From contig JAHRHZ010000140.1 of assembly GCA_024137785.1 (NCBI GenBank), positions 22,994,601 through 23,058,600 on the forward strand: a DNA stretch of 64,000 nucleotides, read 5' to 3'. This stretch comes from Ginglymostoma cirratum. Lineage: Eukaryota. Below are positions 49,120 to 59,410 of this stretch, piece after piece (positions within the stretch are counted from its first letter, which is position 1; each line of letters starts with the position of its first letter). Below the pieces are notes generated by a model, which saw only the letters and a list, made by a program, of their open reading frames with translations, was not told the DNA's origin and did no database searches. Made by a program: the position numbers and the translations under genes.

Positions 49120-50745
49120 ACTTGCATCACCTCCAGAGCTTCCTGCAGCCCTGTGACCCTTTGAGATCTCTCAGTTCCTCCATTTGAGTCTCTTCCACAT
49201 GCTTGATTTTAATCAACACACCACCGCAATTGCACTCTGTCGCTGACGCTCTCGAATTCTATCCTGGGAATCTTGTCCTCTGTGCTTTCCTGTCAAAAGT
49301 GCTCCTCAAACCCACCTCTCTCCAACCTTTTTCGTCACAGTGTGTAAGTTCTGTTGTTGGACAGGTTGGACAAAGTCAGAAGTCACACATTTTAGTCCAA
49401 CAGATTTATTTGAAATCACAAGCTTTTGGAGCGCAGCCCCTTCATTAGGGTTCTGACGTGCCACAGCGCAAAACCACAATGACCACCTTGGAAGGCAGAC
49501 ACGGGATACGACTGATAGAGTAGCTTTCGTCGTCCAGTACTTCCCCGGAGTGGAGAAACTACGCCATGTTCTTCGTAGCCTTCATGCCATTGATGAGCAT
49601 CTCGCCAAGACCTTCTCAACGCCCCCACTTCAGACCTTCACACAACCGTCAAACCTTAAACAGGCCGTCATTTGCAGCAAGCTACTCAGCCTTTCGGATA
49701 AAAACAACCACAACACCACACGGCACTGTCATAGCAACCTCAGCAAGACACAGCAGATCATCAGCATGGATACTACCATCGCATGAATAGCACCCAACGC
49801 ATAAATGGCAGATACTCATGTGACTTGGCCAACATTGTCTATCTCATACGCTGCAGGCAAGGATGCCCCAAGGCACGGTATATTGGCAAAACCATGCAGA
49901 CACTACAACAATGGATGAATGGGCACTGCATAACAATTTCCAGATAGGGATGTTCCCTCCCAGTTGGGGACCACTTTAACAGTGAAGGGCATTCAGCCTC
50001 CAATTTTTGGGTTAGCATCCTCCAAGCCGGATGATGAGATACATAACAATGCAGAATTGCTGAGCGGAGACTGATAGCCTGGTTCTGTACCCATGACGAT
50101 GACCTTAACTGTGATCTTGGGTTTGTGTCGTGCTACATGTGACCCCACCATACTGTTCTGTATCTGTAAAATCTTCCCTTCTGTCCTGTTTTTAACATCA
50201 TCACCTTGATTAAATTATGATAGCTCTACCTTAATTAGTTTGTACAGTATTGAATTACTTATTACTTTGGTTAGACCCTCAGCATGCGACTCTTATACTT
50301 ATCCTGTCATTTAGTTTGTCTCCAGCTCCACCTTATTTTTAATTTTTTTTAATAATCTCACTGCCTCACTTAATTGGATTATAGGTCATCTCTTCGCTGG
50401 TTATTCAGATGTTGACATTTTACTCACTGTCTAATACTCTTGGACACCTGCAGAGACTTGTTATCTGAACAGTCCACTCAAACCAGTTGTCTGATCTTTT
50501 GATCTGTCTGCCTATAAACTGTGTCCATGTGGTCTCCTCTCTCCTATCTGACGAAGGGGCTGTGCTCGGAAAGCTTGTGATTTTGAATAAACCTGTTGGA
50601 CTACAACATGTTGTGACTTCAACCTTTTGGTCATTTGTACCATAATCTCCTTGTATGGCCGAGAACCAAATTTCTTTGCTTCTGTCAAGGCCTTGATGTT
50701 TTCACTGTGTTGAAAACATGAAGTTTATACATAGTTTCTGTTGAT
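49120..50745 (+). mobile_element. Old L2 3' fragment split by a Penelope insertion (pieces ~49120-49337 and ~50634-50745)
   Basis: Both pieces are collinear with the L2 tail at 28430-28750. Confidence 0.55.
49338..50619 (+). mobile_element. Penelope-like element, 5'-truncated, GIY-YIG endonuclease pseudogene, inverted terminal repeats
   Basis: 49801-50143 translates YSCDLANIVYLIRCRQGCPKARYIGKTMQTLQQWMNGH...HF...E..LI..F.T...LN with internal stops; 49381-49448 is an inverted copy of 50548-50619. Confidence 0.9.
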
Positions 50746-52202
50746 GTAAGTTACTGCTTTCTCCATCATTACTGGCCAATGTTTTGACTGGTTTACATGA
50801 CTGCTGACACACCAGGAGGGGATATTAAAAAGTTGAAGCATTGGTGAAAATATTTTAACTGTGTAGCTAATAGTTTTGAAACAAATAGTTGGAGACTGAG
50901 GCAGAAGGGCTCTTACCAGCTGCTACTTTGCACCTGATGATATTGCTTAGTGTTCAGCTTTGTGTTTATCGCAGTGTACAAGAGAGTGGTGATTTGTGCA
51001 TGTCTAATTCTCTCATTCTATAATGTTTTGATCTTCTGGAGCTTTAAAATAAGAAAATCTGACTCTGCCTTTAGCAGAGACTTGTGGACCAAGTCTGACT
51101 GACTTTCCTGGATTTTTTTTCCATGTCCACTGCAATCTGCCAGGATTTAAAAAAAAAAGTCTTTTTTGTTTACTCATTCTAAAATTGTGGTTTCCAACTA
51201 TTCCAAAAATCTTCAACTTTTCACCTGGATGGGTTTATCTGAAAGCTTGATCCAGATATTAGTTATTGTCTGAAGAATGTCCTGTCATTAGCCCTTCATT
51301 TGAACTTGTGGTCCTTTTGCCTTGTTCCCGCTTTTGTTTTAAAAGCACTTATGGCCATTTTTCTTTCAGTCACATAAATCCATGGCTAGGGATGGGCAGC
51401 AAAAAAAAGTACACTGAGGTAATATAGTCTTCAGTGACAGGCAACCAACCACTCACTTCTGAGTGATGTGCCTGTGTTGAAAACCTTTTTCCATCCAATG
51501 ACATTAAACTGCTGCAATGTTTACCCAGGGATCAGTACTAGTATCAATTATAAAAATAAATGAATGATTTTTTTTAATGGCTCTGATGACTTTGAAGAAA
51601 ATCGCCCATAAAGATGTAGTAACCATTGCATACCTTTCAAACTTCTGTAGCAGCTTTCTGGCATCCAATAATAGTGGTGACATTAAATAGACTAAATAGC
51701 CAGTCTCAGTGAAAAATTCTCAAATACAGCAGGAAGTAAAATTCACTCGTTATCCTTCACTTTTTCAAATATTGGGATAAAGATTGGGCTTAAGTTGGAA
51801 GTTGACATTTCTAAATTTTTTAAACAAGTTTATATTTACAGTGTAGGGGTTTTTAATCATGGGGTTTTGCAGGACTACAGAGATTATCAATAATTGTGAC
51901 TTGGTACGCTGTTTTTAAATCTCACTTACACTGCATTCAATAAGCTGTTTTTTGCGATCTTTAACTAAACGTGAAAGGTGGAACATCACCACCTATTCAG
52001 ATTGGTTTTTCACTTGGGGTTTTCACCAAACACAGGGTAGTGGGGAATTAGAATTGGCTTTTCACCGGTAAATGTGAATGTAAATCTGTACATTGCAGGC
52101 GCCAGAGATTTGTCACTTTCGCAGCTGTAATGATGAATGATGGAGGCTTCTCAGATAGCAATCACAGAATCGGGGCAGTCATTTTTAGTTTGGTTTCTTG
52201 TC

Positions 52203-52738
52203 AGAAACTCTGGTGCGGCCGCACTTGGAGTATTGTGTACAGTTCTGGTCGCCGCATTATAGGAAGGATGTGGAAGCATTGGAAAGGGTGCAAAGGAGAT
52301 TTACCAGGATGTTGCCTGGTATGGAGGGAAGGTCTTATGAGGAAAGGCTGAGGGACTTGAGGCTGTTTTCGTTAGAAGAAGGTTATGAGGTGACTTAATA
52401 GAGACATACAAGATGATCAGAGGATTGGATAGGGTGGACAGTGAGAGCCTTTTTCCTCGCATGGTGACGGCTAGCACGAGGGGACATAGCTTTAAATTGA
52501 GGGGTGATAGATATAGGACAGATGTCAGAGGTAGGTTCTTTACTCAGAGTAGTAAGGGCATGGAACACCTTGCCTGCAGCAGTAGTCGACTCGCCAACTT
52601 TAAAGGCATTTAAATGGTCATTGGATAAACATATGGATGATAATGGAATAGTGTAGGTTAGATGGGCTTCAGATTGGTTTCACAGGTCGGCGCAACATCG
52701 CGGGCCGAAGGCCCTGTACTGCGCTGTAATGTTCTATG
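52203..52738 (+). mobile_element. Young-looking CR1 LINE 3' fragment
   Basis: [38 protein letters not shown]; RTDVRGRFFTQ; tail gtaatgttctatga. Confidence 0.95.
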
Positions 52739-53186
52739 ATTTTGGTGCTTAAAACTGTTTATTCATGTCACTTCTCAGCCATTTTTCTAATCTCTAAGTG
52801 ATGGAAAATGTCAAATTGTTGCAGTTCTTTGTCTGTTAAACAAAAGTTTTAAGTGTTTTCTGATTGGGGATAGTGGCGTTATAAGCATACCGGATGGAGT
52901 TTTGTAACAGACGCTTTCCAGGTTCATTAAAGTACATTTCTAATTTTGAAGTCAGTGTAACATTTGGCAGCAATAACAATGTTGTCTCTGGTGGTTATTC
53001 ATGGTAATATGGTGATTTAAAAAAACTTTCAGAAGTTTACAGTTTTATTTCAAAATGACTGTGAAGTTTGCAATTGGGCATGTAGCCTTCATTCTACCAG
53101 GAGACTGTATAATGGTGTGTGAACTATGCAAGAGTGCCCACCAAGGCAATGGAGCTGACGCAATCAGACGACAATCTAATAAAGAT

Positions 53187-53309
53187 AACAAGCGTGGGGC
53201 TGGATGAACACAGCAGGTCAAGCAGCATCATAGGAGCAGGAAAACTTGACGTTTCGGGCCTAGACCCTTCATCAGAAAAACTCCAGCATCTGCAGTACCT
53301 TTTATCTCT
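53187..53309. mobile_element. Penelope-derived short repeat with internal inversion and TSD
   Basis: 53187-53280 is the element 5' part on -, 53281-53309 the 3' tail on +; direct repeats aatctaataaagat / aatctattaaagat. Confidence 0.8.
53245..53278 (-). ncRNA. Minimal type I hammerhead ribozyme motif
   Basis: Minus strand TTT-CTGATGA-A-GGGT-CTAG-GCCC-GAAAC-GTC-AAG: all core residues, stem II and GUC triplet present. Confidence 0.65.
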
Positions 53310-53679
53310 AATCTATTAAAGATGATTTGTTATCCCTGAATGGTATCATTGTAAAATGACGGCAGTTATATGCCTTGAACTTTTTTTGTTTTGAATCTCT
53401 TTCACAGCATATTAGCCCAATTGCCTCCAGAAGTAGTTTGTTACTATTTTAGGAGTGGAGGAAGGGTTTTTAAATAGTGCAAACTCAGTTTTAAGTTCTC
53501 TTTTTTTTGTGGGTAAAGTTTTCTAGTTCTGTAATTACGGGTAATTGTTCATCTATATCAGCTACTTCCATCTGTCTGAAATGCTTGAACCCTCTACATG
53601 ATTCCTTAATGGTAGAACATCACAAGTGTAATTTCTAACATTTATGATGTTATTGGAGTTCCACAAAACTTGTTGCTGT

Positions 53680-53910
53680 CTCTTTGTTCACTGGATGTGG
53701 CTGGTAGCATTTATTGCCAATTTCTAATTCCACTTGAGAAGGCTGAGATGTTGAGCTGTTGCCTTTTACAACACTGCAGGTACTATTAGTTGACCAAAAG
53801 TTGACAGTGTCATTAGTCAGGTATTCCATGATTTTCAAACAGTAATAAAGGAACATTTCCAGTTTGGGGTAGTGAGTAATAAGGAGGGGAACTTTTGTGT
53901 TCCCATGTCT
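53680..53910 (-). mobile_element. CR1/L2-superfamily LINE 3' end
   Basis: gatgtggctggtagcatttattgccaatttctaatt is the reverse complement of the family tail. Confidence 0.6.
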
Positions 53911-54632
53911 TTTTCACATGATCTGATCCATCTCATTTGAGCACAGCTGTAATAAATGAGCTACACCAGTGTTAAAGGGGAAGGGTTCACCTCAGGTCAG
54001 TGTAGGAACAGGTCACCTATTGGCTGTCTTTGCCAATGAAATGTACTTGGTTGATGAATGCTCCCTGCTTGCAACGTGGTTGTTTTCTGTTCAGATTGGA
54101 GTCTTGTTTCTCATCTGCCTCAGGAATCCCATGAGTTAAATATTTTGGAAGATAGGGAGTCTTGATCAATTTTCTGAAGTCAGTCTTGCAGTTTACGTGG
54201 CAGGTGTGACACTGTGTTCGCAGCTTGTATTATTTTGAGTGGTCAGATTGTTGCCAGTCACTGAATTGTCGAAGAAATGTGCCTCCATATGTACTAATGT
54301 CTGGGGTGGGGGGCAGATTTCTTTTCCCAAAGAAACCCATCTTGTTTGCTTGAGACTTCATTGTTGTAGGGGCATCAAGAAACAAACTGTTGGATTTGGT
54401 ATTGAAATACAATTCTACCTAAATTTAAAACAATCTAGTTCGGCACACCCCACTCGAGTGATGGGAAAGTTAATATACTGACTACTGCAAAAGTTGGCAG
54501 TCTAAATTCATTAATGTATCTTTCTGATTGCTAGGTTTCTCTTGGCTTAGAGGTAATGTAGTAATATTTTTGAATACAGTTTTTTTTTTTTTTTGACTGA
54601 AGGGAATGAGAGAATTCTACATTGTCTTGCAG

Positions 54633-55794
54633 GAAGCACAGTAAACCACATGAAGATATCCTTGGCATCCGATCCAAGAGTCAAGCTGCAAGCAGTACAA
54701 GCCTAACTCAAGGCAAGAACTTTCTTATGAACAAGTTTTCTTCTCTCAATCAAAAAGTAAAGCAAACAAAATCCAACGTGAGCATTGGAAGCCTTCGCAA
54801 ACTTGGCAACTTTCCAAAGCCAGAGATGAAGGTAAATTTCTTGAGACCAAACCTGCGAGTGAACCTGTGGAAGTCTGATAGTAGCTTGGGGAGCTCCGAT
54901 TCACCAGTGGTGGTCTCTAAAGATGATTCTGATTCTGACATAGAGATCTCTTCCAACTCGGACTCTTTTGCATCAGATGGTTTCCTCTCCAATTCGAAAT
55001 CAGATGATGAATGCCAGCTGACAGACTCTGAAGATGTAGGGCAGTGTGATTATGTTCTTCCCAGTTGTGGTATTGTCGCTACAGGACCTCGATCACGACT
55101 AGGAAGTCGATCGCAGTCTATTAGCAGTTCAGATTTTAGTATTCCAAGTAATCCTTCAGAAATGCACATAGCTCAGTGTGATTCTGAACATATGAATAAA
55201 GACATGATTGATGTCCAGCTTTCTGGCAAAGCATCAAATGCGGATGAAGGTATCCTGGTGGATTTCAACACTCCCACTGATGTTTACTGTCACCAGTTTA
55301 TCCAAGATGCACAGCACAAAGATCCAGAGGCTCCTGTTGGAAACCGTGCTTTCCATCAGCAACAACTTGAGCAAAGCAATACTATCTTGGGCACCAAGTC
55401 TAAATCTGAACCAGAGATGGTGGAACCACTTTTATCAAGACCCTCCAAGCTGGATGTACCCTCAGCTACCTCAAATCAATCGTTACTTTCAATAGAACCT
55501 GCTGTGTCATCTGATAACAGTTCAACCTGTGTACTCCATTCACCTGAAGTGGAGACCGGTTTACAAGCAACTCCTTCAGCAGCAGATGAGTCGGGGAGCA
55601 GGGCTGTTTCACCATTTGCTAAGATCCGAAGCTCTATGGTCCAGGTAGCAAGCATGACCCAAGCAGGACTGCTTCAGGGGGTAAACTTTGCAGTGGGAAA
55701 AGTTCAGCGCACCCCTGATGGTGCAAACGAAGGGCAGCATCCGCAACTGACCGATATGTTTACACAGTGTCGGACCAGGATAATCCAAATTTAG
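54633..55794 (+). CDS. INPP5F: INPP5F terminal coding exon (RKHSKPHEDILGIRS...RAVSPFAKIRSSMVQVAS...FTQCRTRIIQI*)
   Basis: cag|G acceptor, TAG at 55792-55794; corresponds to the 390-aa ORF in the track. Confidence 0.97.
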
Positions 55795-56716
55795 TTACTG
55801 ATGGGTCCTTTCCAACCTTGACTAGATTTAATATTTTTTAAGTTATGACCCAAGACCAGGTGCCCTTTAGAATGATCTGTAATTTTGTATGCTGCCTTTA
55901 ACAAGGCATTTGAGGTTTTTTGATGGTCAGTGTAAATGAATCTGGGTAATCCTGGATCTTTTTGTTTAAGCTACTGCAGCACTAACTACTGAACAGGCCA
56001 ATGTGCAATATTAATTGTGGTAGTACATATTAGGCCAGGGCCATTTGTAATCCTAGTTAATTGTAATGGGCTAACCCAAAATGTTCCAGATGGCTTTATC
56101 TACTGTAATAGCTAGAGGGGAGTTTTTCTGCTCCACGTAACTTAAACACATCATGCCACACAACTTAAGAACTCGCACTTAGTTTGTGTTGCACTGAATT
56201 GTATTAGTGGGATAGTGAGGTGTATTTTGGTCTAGTTTGTCTTCTCTGCCATATAGGGAAACTGCCTCGGGGTTGGGGAGAATAGATTTAGACTGAACAA
56301 AGCACTCCATAGAGGTTTCAGTTTATTGATTTACTTCTCAATTCTTAGATATCATACGTAATAGCTCAAGTTCAAGGGACTTGAATATCTTTGATAATTT
56401 CACTGAAGTATTACACCATTGTCTAAATTACCAAGAGAATTAGTATCCTTTTCCTTGATTGTCTCATTACTGGAAAAAAAAGTCCTAATGAAAGTTACCC
56501 ACAGCTAAGTGAAGGGGCTTGAGAAAGCTTGACTTCAATCTGATGTAGCATTAGTAGGATCCTATTGCTAGTGCCTGTATTTTCCATAGATGTACTGTAG
56601 CTAGATTGTTAACGTGACACAAAAAGCAGCAAGTTCCTGAACATTGTCTTAATTGTGATTTGATATTAGTCTCTGTTGCAGAGAATTTCTAAGCAAATTA
56701 AACCATTTATTCCTGT

Positions 56717-56722
56717 AATAAA
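56717..56722 (+). promoter_or_regulatory. Candidate INPP5F polyadenylation signal AATAAA
   Basis: AATAAA ~920 nt after the stop, followed by a T/GT-rich tract (cctgttgttttgt); further AATAAA at 56879 and 56886. Confidence 0.6.
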
Positions 56723-57789
56723 CTCCTGGTATTATCACTTTTAAATATTTAAATGTGCTTATTTATTCCTGTTGTTTTGTCACAGTGTGGTTTCTTTGGA
56801 ATGTTTAAAAACCATCCACATATGCTTCAAAGTAGATATACTCCAGTGTATTTTGACATGAGGGATGTACATTATTTTAATAAAAAATAAAGCAAAACAT
56901 ATGTTTATATTTTTTTCCTCAGTGCAAGTGTCAAAGATAAAATTCATCCATTTATTTAGAGTGATTACTGCACATTTCAACACACTGGCTAAGATGAGCA
57001 CAAATAGCCTTTGCACCGTTGAAGAAGACAAAAATGGATGAGACTGAGATGTAGATTTTAATTTGAAGAAAAAACAACCTACCCTGGATCAATTGAGAGA
57101 AATAATTAATGATTCTGGTCAATCGTCTTTGATCGGAATTGGTTTAAAGCAACTTCAGAGGAATGGGGAAAGGGCGCAAAAATGTCAAAAGACACTATGT
57201 TGCAAAACGAGGATGATAATGGGACAAATGAAGGAAACAGGTGGTAAAGCAGAATCAGTGACTTGATTACGACTGAGAAACTAAACCAGTCAGCTCACAG
57301 TTTGATTAGTGAATGAGTATGAATCTGGAAGCCCATAAAATGCCATTTGAGCTTTGATGGAACACTGCAGGGACTAGGGAGGTCAGTAGGAACTGAGTGA
57401 AGAATTCAAGTGATATGTGACTAGTTGTTTGGTATTGTGTTTACCCATTGACTTTGTGTTGTGCAAATGTGGTTAATTTACATTTATTTTCCCAATGTAA
57501 AGGATACCACACTGCACAATACAAGTCGTACACAAACTGGAGTAAAACCAGTAAATCACTGCTCCACCGAGAAGTATTGCTTGGGGCCATGGTTGCACAG
57601 GAGCAACAAAATGGGGAAGTGTCATTTCCTCCCCTAGTGTCAAGGGGAGTGGTGATTATGCATAGTGTTGACACAAGGGGAAGATGTTTGGTAACGTCAC
57701 TGGCAGATGAGGAAAAGGTATCTACCTGCAATGGACATAATATAATCCAACCAACTGTCATTTAGGTCATCCTCAGTTAAGGTAAACAG

Positions 57790-58165
57790 TGACATATTTT
57801 AGAAGTGTTGATTTACACTGTTGCATTGTCAGAATGGACGTGCAAAGTTTTTCAAATCAATTTTCTGCAACAATATGTTAATTTCATAATTAGTCTGATA
57901 ACCTCCACAGTACAGGTGCTCTTGTCAAACTGGAGTACCTCGGGATGGGAGAGCTTTCCAATGGTTGGAATCATCTTGGCAGAAGAAAAAAATGGTTGCA
58001 CCTACTGGAGACTGATCGTGAGTCCCAGGATATACTTGAAGTTCTTTCAGCCGCAACCTTAGGTTTGACTACCTTTTTGTTGTTTCATTGATGGTGAAGA
58101 ATTACAGCATCATTGTAAGGTTCTTGGGAATAGTAATGCAGTAGCCTGGACAATGTTCTGGTCAC
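57790..58165 (+). mobile_element. CR1/L2-superfamily LINE RT fragment
   Basis: Degenerate RT region (ctcttgtcaaactggagt, cccaggatatac..ttcagccgcaacc). Confidence 0.5.
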
Positions 58166-58269
58166 ATCAATGCCATTCCATTCCATTGTAACAGCTGATG
58201 GAATTTAATTTGGCATATAAAGCTAATTCAAGCAATGGTAACTGAAAGGTAAAATACCACCTGTAACCT

Positions 58270-58700
58270 GACCAAACAAACAAAAATGCAACACTGGAGA
58301 AACTCTGCTTTCTCTTTACAAATTCTGCAAGACCTGCTGGGTAATCCTCTGATGTTGCCTGGCCTGTTGTGTCCTTCCAGCTCCACACTTATCTCTGACT
58401 CCATCAGCAGTAGTTCTTACTATCTCTGAGACTTACTAAGTTCATGTTTTGAGTCCAGTGACTACCTTCACAACTGATAGGATCCAGGAAAAGCTGTCAT
58501 TATCTTGATGCCAGGAGTGGGGTGGGCAATGAGTGAGTGGATAAGTGGAGACTGAGTCCAGAGCAAAGGTGGAAACAAGTTAGGCAACGGGATTGTTGAT
58601 AGTAAGCCAGAGAGGAAGTGAGGTGTTTGGAAATGGCTGTGCTAAAAGCAATCGGTGTCATGAAAGGACCTGGTGGAGGGTGGAAGGTGACAGGCCCACT
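58270..58700. mobile_element. Cluster of Penelope-derived repeat pieces in both orientations
   Basis: + strand tail 58345-58427 (gatgttgcctggcctgttgtgtccttccagctccacacttatctctgactcc); - strand degenerate motif 58438-58475. Confidence 0.6.
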
Positions 58701-59404
58701 TTTTGAACACAGCATTGTTTTTGGGAGCTTCTCCTGTTGAATCAAAACAATGATTCCATGCAAGTATCTCTACTGGGAGAAGGCATTATATTTGAATTAC
58801 TTTCCTCCAGAGCTCAGGTGACCAATGCCAATTTCAGCAATTTGGCAATAAGCCAGCCATGAAGTAAGGATCGTGTGACACGGGGCCATTCGGGTTCCAA
58901 TCTTTTCAAATTCTGATAAAGACCATTACCACCCCAAAGGAATCAAAGTTTAAAAAAAGTAGCTTTTAATTTGTTTAAGAAACAGTAATTTACAGTAAAT
59001 ATCCCTGATGATCACTGTACAGAAATCTTCAAAGATCACATGGAAAAAAAATCACTTGCCTCACAATTCTTTTCTGAAAATGCAGATTTATCCCACCCTT
59101 TAATTACACGTGTTTTTGAGAGAAACCTGGAACTATCCAAAATTTTAACAATGTTGCAGAATTATATGAGAATAGCAGAAACTTTAACAAAAATAAATGG
59201 CAGTGCATCTCTTAAGTAACTATGTACCAAAGTCAGCTCGAATGGGTTTTTTTTAAAAATTCAGGAACACCGTACTCAAAATCATAATGCAATCTGTTTC
59301 TGTACCAACTCTTCTGAATTAATCAAAATTATTAACAACCGCTCTGAACTCCAAACCAACCAAATCCAGAACCCAGTATATTTGAAAAGGTAACAAAGAC
59401 TGAC

Positions 59405-59410
59405 TTTATT
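59405..59410 (-). promoter_or_regulatory. Candidate MCMBP polyadenylation signal AATAAA
   Basis: tttatt on + strand; downstream on - is GT-rich (ggatttggttggtttgg); alternatives at 60791-60796 (AATAAA) and 58965-58970 (ATTAAA). Confidence 0.5.

Larger units (their letters stand above)
4218..55794 (+). other. INPP5F: INPP5F (Sac2) gene, 3' part: 14 coding exons (probably orthologous to exons 7-20); 5' exons lie upstream of the window
   Basis: Exons join with GT-AG boundaries and consistent phases into 2739 nt / 912 aa. The product matches vertebrate INPP5F as recalled: Sac phosphatase domain, hSac2 domain, C-terminus ending TRIIQI. Confidence 0.97.
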
